A DNA stretch of 63,949 bases, counting the filler, from Octopus bimaculoides (lineage: Eukaryota), in assembly GCF_001194135.2 (NCBI RefSeq). It is 6 parts of 6 records of this genome, joined end to end, with 100 filler letters (N's around TTAATTAATTAA, not from the genome) between each part and the next. Parts side by side here need not be neighbours in the genome. Positions count along the whole stretch, not along the records: positions 1 to 16,316 come from NC_068987.1; positions 16,417 to 32,805 come from NC_068982.1; 4 more parts are not named here. The stretch is one strand, 5' to 3'. Shown in pieces: positions 14,188 to 26,039 of this stretch. The notes under the pieces are model-generated. The model searched no databases. It had not been told where the DNA came from and worked only from the letters and a program-made list of their open reading frames with translations. The position numbers were made by a program, and so were the translations under genes. How positions within the stretch are numbered: the stretch's first letter is position 1; every line of letters starts with the position of its first letter.

Positions 14188-16316
14188 ATATGAAGCAGAT
14201 GTACTTACACACGCCGACACCAGCAAATACGGAGATGAGGTGACACGGTAGTAGTTCAGAAAATCTCGTGATTATGATGGATTAAAGCACTTTATAGCTT
14301 TACATAAGTTATAAGAAACACATTTCAAAATTTCAAACAGAAAAACAATACGTTAAAACGGGAGCATGGTCGTATTTCCATTTCACAAATATAAATGTAA
14401 AGTTGTTTTCCATGTACTCGTGTGTGTATGTGTATGTGTGTGTGTGCGTGTGTGTGTGTGTGCGTTTGCACGTAAGTATGTGTGTGTATGAATGAAAGTT
14501 AGTTGAAACGAAAGCTAAGTACGTACGTAAATTAGTAGTTTAACGCTTGAGAAGAATTTGGAGTGCCTATACATATATTCTCTCTATCTATCTCTTTCCC
14601 TCGTTTTCTCTGTCTTTCTTCCTGTCTCTCCCCCCCCCTCTGCCTCTGTCTCTCTGTTTCTCTGTCTCTCTCTCCTGCACACACGCATATCTATCATTAC
14701 ATATGTATAAGGACTACGTGTGTTTCTTTTTACAAGTACGTTTATGTCAAATATTTTGCAAACTCAGCAATGTATTGAACTGTGTACATATTACATATCT
14801 CCCACCATACGCACGCGCACGTAGACACCCACACATACGCATACACGCATACACACACAAACAAACACACACACATACATACACACGCATACATATACAT
14901 ACTCAAATCGATGCAAACCAAAATACACGCACTCTATTGCACTCGCGCGCACACAAGTTAGGAATAGGCACATGACACACTTAGAAAACCACATCCACCT
15001 ACACACGAAGAAAAGCCCATTTCCGTGTAATATGATTATATGAAAGCGATGCGTATAAATATTTCAAATAACTCATGAAACATCAAACCGTCCCAAATAA
15101 TAAACACTTTCTTTATAGGCAAGTTATATAGATAATGTGAAACTGGGTTACTGCTCTACACTAAAACTGTGATTTCTGATCTAAGGCACAGAAGAAACAT
15201 TGTTTATATAAAATGCAGAAATCTTTTTATTACCAGCATTCAGTACACATCGTTACATTTACAAAGTAATATATGAGGAACATTCAGGAAAATCATTATT
15301 ATAAAAGTAAACTCAGTATGAAAACAGATATAAGTGATGTAATAACTATAGCTGAAATATGCTATATTTCGTGATATACTACATGCATATTTATTTGTGT
15401 TGCAGATATGTCCAACAAGTTGTCACGTATGTTAACGAATGGACATTGTGAAGACCTGTAAAACATCGCATTATGATGAAAGCAAGACATGAATTATCAT
15501 ACGTTTGGCAGACACCTGCAGGTACCAACTAATAGTGTGTTGATTCCTATAAACAAAAGCTCCTGAAATTGCAAGTTACCAATCCAGCGCAGCTTCGAAG
15601 CAAAACGTGTACAAGAATCTCGAAACACCGCTATGTCTTGAAGTCTCCATAGAGTGGTAAATCGCATGTTTTATAAACAGGCATTCCTTTAAGGAAGGCG
15701 TTACTCTTCGGCAGTGAATGACATCGATCAGATATTTAACATCGAATCTGCCAGGGGCTATTAAGAATAAATTGATACAATGAATTTTATCAGTTTGGTA
15801 CACGTCTACACGCAAAAGCAAAGCTTTGGATTGCTGATTTCACTAAACAAGAGCTACTTCTTTTGTGAAATACATCCTTCCAGTTTTGTTTCTTCTAAAG
15901 GAACGCACAATGAGGCCGAAATAGCACAGTACCTCGGAACCCTGTATACCGTTGAGTCACGAGCGCTGCAAACACATACCGCTTAAAGCGAGATTTCTCC
16001 AATACCAAATAATAGCAATAATCAAACATACTCGTTGAAAACTACGAGAATGATATCGGAATGAATAGGAAACGTTATTGAATACTATATAGGTATACGA
16101 TATGCTATAAATGCACAATGTATGGCATGCTATATTTTCAGTATCGGTAAAAAGACTTATAATAATAAATTTAGTATCTAAAACAAAATCTTACAAAGGC
16201 TTATAAGTCCTGGGGTTGATTTTCTCGTCTAAACGCACTGCACCAGCATGGCCACAGTCAAAATTACTGAAACATTTAAAAGAGTAAACAGTATATATAC
16301 GTATATATATATATAT

Positions 16317-16416
16317 NNNNNNNNNNNNNNNNNNNNNNNNNNNNNNNNNNNNNNNNNNNNTTAATTAATTAANNNNNNNNNNNNNNNNNNNNNNNNNNNN
16401 NNNNNNNNNNNNNNNN
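16317..16416. other. Artificial scaffold-joining spacer 1 (44N-TTAATTAATTAA-44N)
   Basis: Exact 100-bp structure; TTAATTAATTAA places stops in all six frames. Repeated five times in the window. Confidence 0.97.
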
Positions 16417-16779
16417 GAGTCATGCCCTTCCAATTGCTATAGATCCATAATGCATCTTAAAGCTGTACCTGTCACCTGTATGGTGAGGAATCCTACATTG
16501 GGGAGTAGTAACGACTAGGCTACGGTAGCTGACTGATTATCGTGATCATTCGTCTTTTGCTTTCCTGTAGCTTTGCTCTCTTTTACAAACCCAGTGAACA
16601 TACATATATTTCCTATTTTAAAGAAATTCAAACAATACATATTACACACAAGTTAAAAAGATTCCCAACAATTAAACTTCTCTGGTTGACATTAATACAC
16701 CCATCACCAATATGTTCAATTCCTGGACCATGTGACACATCGTGTTCTTGAACCAGGCACTTCATTTCGTGTTACTTCA

Positions 16780-17622
16780 GACTTGTCAGATGCAACGAGT
16801 ACCAACACACACTCCCACAATTTTCAGCTCCCTGAGCTCCATTTTTCAGGAGCAAAATTCTTTTAAGGTCCATGTAGTGTCTTAGGCCAAAAAACTTTTA
16901 ACTTCTGGCATAGTTCGAGTATTATGTGTCAAAAATGAAACAATAACATCACTCTACTGTAATGTCAGATACTTTCACTCTAACACTGAAACTATTCCAC
17001 TATTTCAGTATTACCTGTCAAAAGTGAAACAATAACATGTCGCTACTGTAATTTCAAATATTTTCACTTTAATATTTTCAATTTCATACTGAAACTATTA
17101 AAGTGAGACTATACTCTCACATATATNNNNNNNNNNNNNNNNNNNNNNNNNNNNNNNNNNNNNNNNNNNNNNNNNNNNNNNNNNNNNNNNNNNNNNNNNN
17201 NNNNNNNNNNNNNNNNNNNNNNNNNNNNNNNNNNNNNNNNNNNNNNNNNNNNNNNNNNNNNNNNNNNNNNNNNNNNNNNNNNNNNNNNNNNNNNNNNNNN
17301 NNNNNNNNNNNNNNNNNNNNNNCCAATAGGGGCCTTCATTCCCACATTTTATAGCTCCATGAGCTCCATTTTGCAGAAGCAAAATCTTTTTTACAGGTTC
17401 CAGAAGACTGAAATTTTGGAAAATGCGCATAAAGATCAATAGTATGGGATACATGTCTCATGATTAGAATTTTTTTAGGGTGTGTAAAGAGGGAAAGAAC
17501 CCTCATGTGCAATTTTGATGAAATTCGAATCATATGTATTCCAGTTCCTTACAGAAAATATAACAGAAAAGTCTCATTTTTCAATTGCATGTAACACGGG
17601 CAACGCCGGGTATCTCTGCTAG
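16780..17622 (+). mobile_element. Non-autonomous Helitron-like element (3' end clear, 5' limit uncertain)
   Basis: Ends in the GC-rich hairpin-like ACGGGCAACGCCGGG followed by ...CTGCTAG|T (CTAG 17619-17622, then T). Internal ~90-bp tandem repeats at 16930-17100 and a repeated AGCTCC.TGAGCTCCATTTT motif. Confidence 0.55.
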
Positions 17623-18077
17623 TTAAGAATAAGAATAAAGCGAGATTCACGCAGTTCGATATTGTCGATTTTTATGCCCCTATCTCTAAAGAACTGCTAG
17701 ATAAAGCCCTCACCTTCGCAAGCGAATTCATAGAAATCAGTACTGGAACTTACATCCATGTACAGGAAACTATTTTACCACTTCTATACACCACTTTCCT
17801 CGAATAATGGAACTACAACTACAATATCTTTATATATTTTATATTTTACTTCTACTTTCATTCTCTTATTTCCCTCTATATTTATCTCCTCCTTTTCCAC
17901 AATAATTCCTTATTTCGAACTCAAATATTTACCTCTATTTAACCATCTCACATCGTCTCTGATGAAGGGATATCCATAATATCCCAGAAACAGCTGCAAG
18001 ACTATATCTATATCTTTTTCCTTATAAATGTCCTGAAAACTACTCACAGCCTTGGCTTTGTTATCTTATTTTGTCTA
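17623..18077 (+). mobile_element. Internally deleted Penelope-like element: RT motif fragment joined to a 3' pLTR
   Basis: A reading frame gives KNKNKARFTQFDIVDFYAPISKELLDKALTFASEFIEIS (PLE RT motif FDIVDFYPSI). A pyrimidine-rich tract and a hammerhead motif follow, then (TA)n. Confidence 0.75.
17955..18002 (+). ncRNA. Minimal type-I hammerhead ribozyme motif (cleavage triplet mutated to GCA)
   Basis: GTCT-CTGATGA-A-GGGATAT-ccata-ATATCCC-A-GAAAC-AGCT-GCA-AGAC: stem I GUCU/AGAC, 7-bp stem II, palindromic AGCU at stem III. Confidence 0.75.
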
Positions 18078-18294
18078 ATATATATATATATATATATATA
18101 TGCATGCTAATACAAGACCCACATTAAACTCTTCACTCGTATCACTATCGAACCAAGAGTTTAACTACGGTCTGTCCAAAGCACTTGCTTAGTGTTACCT
18201 GCCACTCTTTGGGTCTTCTAGATACCAATACCTTTCATACGATATGGATATATATATATATTTATATATATATATATACATATATATGATACAT

Positions 18295-18331
<37 letters not shown>

Positions 18332-18801
18332 TATATAATACATATATATATATATAATACGTACACATATACACGTACGAATCCACGCTCGCGCTCGCAC
18401 GTATACACACACAGGCACACACACAGGCACACACACACACACACACACACTCACACACACACACACACATAAAGTTTTTTTTTTGTTGGTATCGTTGCTG
18501 GTGGCCCTTCTTCCACGATTAGTCAGTTGTGAATACTTTTTGCATTGAATATTGAAAATGTTCAAATGTTAATGGTCTGTTATCGATTAGTGAAGTGATA
18601 ACAACAACGGCAGTACTGGAACGGTCGATAAACATTGGATTGGACTGAATTAAACGCCACACGATTTAATAACCAAACAGGAAGGTACCAATTCTTCATA
18701 ATAGGATGACAACTTAGTTATTATATAACCCTCTTCTAGTAAATTAAATAATGCCAGGAATTGCAGAAATAGGCTGTCAGGGTAATAGCTAAGCTCATCG
18801 C

Positions 18802-18836
<35 letters not shown>

Positions 18837-18847
18837 CGATCACCATC

Positions 18848-18897
<50 letters not shown>

Positions 18898-18934
18898 CAT
18901 CGTCGTCATTATCATCATCATCATCATCATCATC

Positions 18935-19090
18935 ATCATTATTTAGCGACCACTTTTCCACGTTTGCATGGGTCGGACGGAATTTGTTGAGGCAGAGTTT
19001 CTGCAACTGGATATCCTTGTCGCTAATCCTCAACTGATTCCGAAAAGGTAAATATGCCTCCATGAACAGGCGACATGTTTCTACATAAGA
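18935..19090 (-). mobile_element. SINE family G 3' part with (GAT)n tail (tail = 18796-18938 CAT tract)
   Basis: TTTAGCGACCACTTTTCCACGTTTGCATGGGTCGGACGG resembles the reverse complement of the 60500-60530 end. Confidence 0.65.
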
Positions 19091-19196
19091 TTTGAAGCAA
19101 AGGACAGCGCTTGCGTGATAGTGGCACTCATTTACTACTACTATACGACATCAAGGCAAAAAAGAATAACCCACACATACTACATATATATATGTG

Positions 19197-19240
<44 letters not shown>

Positions 19241-19302
19241 TGTGTGTGTGTGTGTGCGTGTGTGCGTGTGTGTGTGTATATATATATACATATATATAGG
19301 GG

Positions 19303-19462
19303 GAATTCACAACAAAAAACAAAAGACGAAGACAGGTGGTGTAGACAACAAACAGATGTATTAGTTTAACGCTCGGGAAGTGAAAAAGTCTTTTCGAGCC
19401 TACGCTCTTCCACAGAAAGGAACACAGAAAGAAACAAGGAGAGAAAATAAAGAATGTGTTGT
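19303..19462 (-). mobile_element. PLE pLTR-derived mini-element, copy 1 (hammerhead partly deleted)
   Basis: Highly similar to 47757-47920; flanked by (TA)n. Confidence 0.75.
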
Positions 19463-19463
19463 G

Positions 19464-19500
<37 letters not shown>

Positions 19501-20069
19501 TAATGTTTCCATCCAACAAATTCCTTCACAAGGATTTGGTTTGCCCGGACCAATTGCGAAAAGTATTTGCTCAAGGTTCTATGCAGTGGAGATGAACCTA
19601 TATACATATATACAACGGGTTTCCACACAGTTTCAGCCAACTAAATTCATTCACTAGGGAGAAGACACTTGCCCAAGTTGCTACGCAGTGGGACTGAACG
19701 TAAAAACCACATGGCTGCAAAGCGGATTCCTTTATCACTCATCTACAGCGAATGGTAATAATGGCACAGGTAAAAATGGCGCAAGTGTAAACAATTTTTA
19801 ATGGGATAATAAGCTTACTGAAATATACAAAAGAAGTAGAATAAAGTTTTTACGTATTTATGTATATGTTTATATGACACTATGCATATAGTCACCAAAT
19901 ACATACATACATACATACATACATACATACATACATACATACATACATAGACACACAGACACCGGCTTATGCAAGCTTACAGTTATTACTTGTACATACT
20001 CCGAAGCATATGTATATGTTTATTATGTATATATAAATACACACATTCAGATACCTATGTAGTGAAACT

Positions 20070-20350
20070 ACCTCCCGCCATTAGATACAAACTACTATCG
20101 CCATTACATACAATCTTCTCATTTACATATAAATAAATGCGAGCGTAGTAGAGAACCCATTCCTTGTCATCACGTGACTGATTATTATTCGAATCGGCAA
20201 CTTCTTCGAACCGTTCCCGCCAGAACACAAACTGACCAATCACAGCCCCCAATAAGGTCACGTGATAGAGTAAAATTCTGAAGCCATCGGGAGCCCATAG
20301 TTTGTTATAAATAGCTTTAACACGGCAACCAAATTTGTCTCGGTCCAGTT
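20070..20350 (+). promoter_or_regulatory. Dense Pol II promoter-like motif cluster, probably the promoter of a mobile element
   Basis: CTCCCGCC 20072 and TTCCCGCC 20214 (E2F-like), TCACGTGA 20170 and 20258, CCAAT 20236 and 20249, TATAAATA 20306, CCAGTT 20345. Confidence 0.45.
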
Positions 20351-21376
20351 TCTCTTAGAGACTGTTCCGTGTACCACACAACAGCAGCAGCAGCCAGCGA
20401 CCACTTCAGCAGCTTCGTCCAGCCAACGATGACCACCGCCGTCGCCACATCAGCAATACGANNNNNNNNNNNNNNNNNNNNNNNNNNNNNNNNNNNNNNN
20501 NNNNNNNNNNNNNNNNNNNNNNNNNNNNNNNNNNNNNNNNNNNNNNNNNNNNNNNNNNNNNNNNNNNNNNNNNNNNNNNNNNNNNNNNNNNNNNNNNNNN
20601 NNNNNNNNNNNNNNNNNNNNNNNNNNNNNNNNNNNNNNNNNNNNNNNNNNNNNNNNNNNNNNNNNNNNNNNNNNNNNNNNNNNNNNNNNNNNNNNNNNNN
20701 NNNNNNNNNNNNNNNNNNNNNNNNNNNNNNNNNNNNNNNNNNNNNNNNNNNNNNNNNNNNNNNNNNNNNNNNNNNNNNNNNNNNNNNNNNNNNNNNNNNN
20801 NNNNNNNNNNNNNNNNNNNNNNNNNNNNNNNNNNNNNNNNNNNNNNNNNNNNNNNNNNNNNNNNNNNNNNNNNNNNNNNNNNNNNNNNNNNNNNNNNNNN
20901 NNNNNNNNNNNNNNNNNNNNNNNNNNNNNNNNNNNNNNNNNNNNNNNNNNNNNNNNNNNNNNNNNNNNNNNNNNNNNNNNNNNNNNNNNNNNNNNNNNNN
21001 NNNNNNNNNNNNNNNNNNNNNNNNNNNNNNNNNNNNNNNNNNNNNNNNNNNNNNNNNNNNNNNNNNNNNNNNNNNNNNNNNNNNNNNNNNNNNNNNNNNN
21101 NNNNNNNNNNNNNNNNNNNNNNNNNNNNNNNNNNNNNNNNNNNNNNNNNNNNNNNNNNNNNNNNNNNNNNNNNNNNNNNNNNNNNNNNNNNNNNNNNNNN
21201 NNNNNNNNNNNNNNNNNNNNNNNNNNNNNNNNNNNNNNNNNNNNNNNNNNNNNNNNNNNNNNNNNNNNNNNNNNNNNNNNNNNNNNNNNNNNNNNNNNNN
21301 NNNNNNNNNNNNNNNNNNNNNNNNNNNNNNNNNNNNNNNNNNNNNNNNNNNNNNNNNNNNNNNNNNNNNNNNNNNN

Positions 21377-22003
21377 GTAGTGATCCGTGTAGATGAGTTT
21401 AAAAATCAGTATGCCAATCACATACCCTCCTTCCGACATTGGGACAAAAGTAAAGCTAGCTACGTATGGACTTTGATAGATAACGAAACACCGCATGGGA
21501 TTAAATGGAAAGTAATTGAGAAATCCACACCTTATGTGAATGGATCGAATAAATGTAGACTTTGTTTGGCGAAAGAGAACAGATCCTGTTTGGATTTAAG
21601 ACCCCCTAACACTCTATTGAACTCCAGGTTAGAAATTTTCAGTAGTTGCATGCATATGTATAAATATATTTTGAAGAATTGGAAAATTCCGCCTATTCTT
21701 GACTGACTCGATATCTTTCCAGCCTTACTATTTAAGGTCTAAGGAGGATAGCTCTTATACCATTTTACTTTTTATTTTTGACATTTTTGCTTCTATTTTT
21801 CGGTTTCCGTTTTCCGTTGTTTACTGTCTGCAATTTCTATATACTGCTTTCTCAGATTTTTCGCGTTTCTTCTATCATCCAATTTCTGTGGTTCGTTATA
21901 TGTAGTTTGCACCTGAAGAATATGTTTGAGTGTTCTCAACATATGAAACTATTATTAGCGCTTTACTACATGTATTGTGACCTTTAAATAGATAAATAAA
22001 TAA
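21377..22003 (+). mobile_element. Penelope-like element 3' end: GIY-YIG endonuclease C-terminal part plus pLTR
   Basis: FKNQYANHIPSF...YVWTL...IKWKVIEKSTPYVNGSNKCRLCLAKE...LLNSRLEIFSSCMHMYKYIL matches the recalled PLE endonuclease tail; followed by a hammerhead-like motif and AATAAA. Confidence 0.85.
21900..21971 (+). ncRNA. Degenerate hammerhead motif in the PLE pLTR
   Basis: CTGAAGA-ATATGTTTGAG-tgtt-CTCAACATAT-GAAAC. Distal stem I ATGTAG/CTACAT; the NUH triplet is lost. Confidence 0.6.
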
Positions 22004-22289
22004 TATATATATATATATATATATATATTATTTATTTAAAGGTTACAATACATGTATGCGTGTATTATATTTTTCCGAATGAAAATACTTCTTCCGTTTA
22101 GGGCATTATTCCCTAGGTTTCCAAGGTTTTTCTTTTATCATACTTTATTTAAGGAATCCCTTTCATTTCCGTATGAATATATATAAATAAAAATCATTAG
22201 AAGAATCAATTTATTCGACGGAGTCCAATAAATGTCATCAAATAAATGGAACAGGTTTTAATGCTAATATGGATTAGTTATTTAATTCA

Positions 22290-22406
22290 ACCAGACAGCT
22301 GTTTCTGTCGCAAAAGACCATATTTCGGGTATACAATTGAAGAATAGGTATTTCAACAAAAGTAATACACATTATTATATTATGGCATTTGGAGCTCGTC
22401 AGTGGA
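22290..22406 (-). ncRNA. Hammerhead motif with intact core and long, degenerate stem II
   Basis: Minus strand: TCCA-CTGACGA-[about 90 nt; CCATA/TATGG and partial GCTCCAAATG/CTTTTGCGAC pairing]-GAAAC-AGCT-GTC-TGG. Confidence 0.55.
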
Positions 22407-23630
22407 TAATAAATATCTAAAATTAGTACCTTTAGTTTTCTTCTTTGTGATCATTTTATATTAATTTCGTTTTCTAACTAATTTATATGTTATTCCTTCA
22501 TTCGTCAATTCAAATTCAGAACTGAAGCTTACAAGCGTAACTTTGTTGGTATTCATTTCCTTTCATTCGTATGGTTATCTACTTATTATTCCCTCCCTGT
22601 ATATTTAAGTAAACATCGCCCTCGATTCTCCCTTATTTGCTGGTCAAAAAAATAAGCATGCATATGCACATCTTGAAATACCATATAAGGGGTTATATAT
22701 TTAAAAAAAAAAACAATATTCTTATTTAACATTTTAGTAACTGCCATCTTATATACATTTTAAACCCCGTTTTTAGTTAGAAACAACAATATAAGATCAG
22801 TCGTTAGTTTTTCCTGCTCATTACATGTAATAAATTCATAATAATATTATTTAATTACATTAATTATCTTTAAATTAATACCTTGATATAGTTATTTAAA
22901 TATATCGTCCATTTTGTCGTTGTATTCACATAAATATATATATTATTCTATGATTCTAAGCCTACTTTTTGGATAAGTATATTCATTTCATAATTGACAC
23001 AACCCAAATATACTTACCTTTTTATTATATACACTTCAATAAAATGATGTATTTCATCAATTTCTTTAAAACATTAAAAAAAAAATAATGTTTTAAACCG
23101 ATATGTTAATCATTTCTCTTATATTATCATTTTCAATATAAGGAGAGATAACATTTCATACTTATATTCAAATAGAATACATTGTTAATTACAGTTATCA
23201 TTTGTTTATCTCCTCCACGAAGTGGTGCAAATACTGAGAGGAGGATCAAAGTTACATTCTAGTGGGAAAAAAGATAGGTAGCTACGAGGTATGTATTGGA
23301 TATATATTGTTCAGTATATTGAGGGGTATTCAGTTCAGAGAGAGAATGAATACTAGCAGTTCCAAAGTTGTGTGAATACTGAGAAGAGGAATAAATAATA
23401 GATTGTGGAGAGAGAGAAAAGAGAGATAGGTAAGAGCATTGTATTAGATATATAGCGTTCAGTATGTTGAGGGGTATTTATTCCTGAGGGAGAATGAATG
23501 CTAGCAGTTCTAAAGTTGTGTGAATATTGAGAAGAGGAATAAATAATACATTCTGGTGTGAGCTCCTGCTCATAATAAACTACAACAAATATTATTGATG
23601 AGGAACATTCTTCCACAGTCTGACCTATAT

Positions 23631-23718
23631 TTCTCCGATGACGGTGTGCCCAACTTATAAAGTCTTCGCTCGATACGATGCCCAAATAGCTGGGATGTCC
23701 CAGAAACAGCTGTCAGAG
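23631..23718 (+). ncRNA. Hammerhead-like motif (U4C change in core)
   Basis: TTCT-CCGATGA-[61 nt ending in the hairpin TGGGATGTCCCA]-GAAAC-AGCT-GTC-AGAG. Confidence 0.45.
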
Positions 23719-24047
23719 ACTATCTTTATCATTTCATGTTATTTTTACCATTAGTTAAATGGCTAATTTTTAGATTCGATCAAATGAAAATTAAAATGTC
23801 TTTGTCCTGCATTGTCTAATTGTTTGCCTTTCTTTACTACTTTAACCTATACCTACTGACTCAAAGGAATGCCACCTATGGTCGTATAATGAGAGGCAAG
23901 GTTCTTGATATCGGTTGAATATCGCCTTTCTCCTATTAATTTCTTATTCTTCGTGTTGCTAAGGCTCCAGCAGTCGAGTAAAGAAGTATTAGGCAAAACG
24001 CAGGTTCTCCATTAGTTTTTATTAACAATATATACACAGGTGTGGTA

Positions 24048-24369
24048 TGTTGCTCTTTTGCAGCCATCTCATGCGGTATGAATTCATCGTTCTCCATTAC
24101 GCGGGCCATTGCCTCAGGAGATGCGACAAGCGGACTAGCCTAGAGGTTTAGCCAGTGAAGTGTGCTCTGCTGGCAGTGGCAGCGGGAAAAGTGAGATCGA
24201 ACCTCGAGGTTTCTTTCCTTTTATAGTTTTGCCATCACAAGCCTCGTTGTGAGCTCGCGCATGGCAAATGGATGCAGGTGAGGTCTCGCTCCAGTCTCGG
24301 AGATGGCAATGGCTGCCAAGAAATCTCACCCAATATGACGCTGACTTCTTTCCCCATAGACTAATAACA
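24048..24369. mobile_element. Probable solo LTR (322 bp)
   Basis: TGTT...AACA termini with a perfect 4-bp target-site duplication GGTA (24044-24047 and 24370-24373); GC/CpG-rich relative to the flanks. Confidence 0.65.
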
Positions 24370-24823
24370 GGTAAGTTAGACATATTTTTGTCAAATATAT
24401 TTTCAAACAATTTTATTGTATTTTATAGTAGGTTTTTTTTAATGCTTATATTATTTTATTGGATATAACTTTCTATGTGTATACCATACAATAAGGTTAT
24501 TGGAGTTGCGGTTCTATTGGTAAAATCCCAAATTTGTAATATTATAAATGATAGTGTTTACATTGCATTAGTAAAGTGTAAAATAGTAAATGTCCTGATA
24601 ACCTGGAATACGTATTATTCCCTAAGATTTTAAAAATTCTCATATATTNNNNNNNNNNNNNNNNNNNNNNNNNNNNNNNNNNNNNNNNNNNNNNNNNNNN
24701 NNNNNNNNNNNNNNNNNNNNNNNNNNNNNNNNNNNNNNNNNNNNNNNNNNNNNNNNNNNNNNNNNNNNNNNNNNNNNNNNNNNNNNNNNNNNNNNNNNNN
24801 NNNNNNNNNNNNNNNNNNNNNNN

Positions 24824-24865
<42 letters not shown>

Positions 24866-25670
24866 TATGTGTGTGTGTGTATGATTATGTATGTATGAAT
24901 ATAACCATTCCCATATATGGGATCAACAACAACCATAAGTGGAACGAGCTATCCTGACTAATAGCCACTAGGCATGTCTAAGCTATGATTAGTTGGATTA
25001 AGAAACTGCTCAAGGCGAAATTAATGTTTAACTTTCGAAAATGAAGCTTAATCTTTACGTACTTTTCATTATATTGAGAATACGAACTCTCAAGTAAACG
25101 GTGTGGGGAAAAGAGAGAGAGAGAGAGAGAAGTTGAAGTATTTAAGGCTTAAACATTGCATCAAGGAAACATGAGATGCTTTCTTTTTTGTTATTTTTAT
25201 CTTTCTTTTGTCGTTACATGAGTTGTATGTGATATAACGAGCATGACATTGTTAAGGAAGTAAATATGATATTGAAATATATCGCAGTATCGTTAACTCC
25301 AGTGGCGGGTGTTTGTTGTATTGTATTGTGTTGTAATGTATTGTATCGTTGTCATAGAGCGTGCTATCATGATGAACTTAATATTCTGGTATAAAACTGT
25401 AAACATAAAACATAAACTTTAGAGCAGTGGTTTTCTGAGTAACAAATGCCAGCACCTCTCTTGCCATGCCCACCTTTTTGTTCTTCACGGTTCACTCTCT
25501 TCTTCCGTTGTTCTCAAAATAAGAAATAAGACCTCCTTAGTGAAGCACATTCTACTGAAGCTTGCTGTGTTTGTCACTCATCACTGCTTGACAAGTAGTG
25601 CTGGTTTGTTTACATCCCTGTAATCTATCAGTCAGCATAAAAATGATAGAATAAGTACTAGCCTTACAAA

Positions 25671-25729
<59 letters not shown>

Positions 25730-26039
25730 GTATGGCAGTGGGGGTTCGTTTGATTAAACCCTTCAAAGCAGTGCCCCAGCATGGCCTCAGTCTAATGACT
25801 GAACTAAGTAATAAATATATAAACAGGAAATAAAGTGAAGCCTATTTTGATTATCAACAGGATGACTAAGGTAAAGACTGAGGGGTGGGGAGGGAGCAGT
25901 TTCTTGAATACTTAATGCAAGTATCGGAGAGACCCCTATATGTAATGAAGTGAGTCAAAAAGTTGAAGCCATTAAGATTATCTTGAAAATACAAGAGAAA
26001 CTCTTTCCGGAGGAGTTTGGAGTGTACAGAACGAACCAT

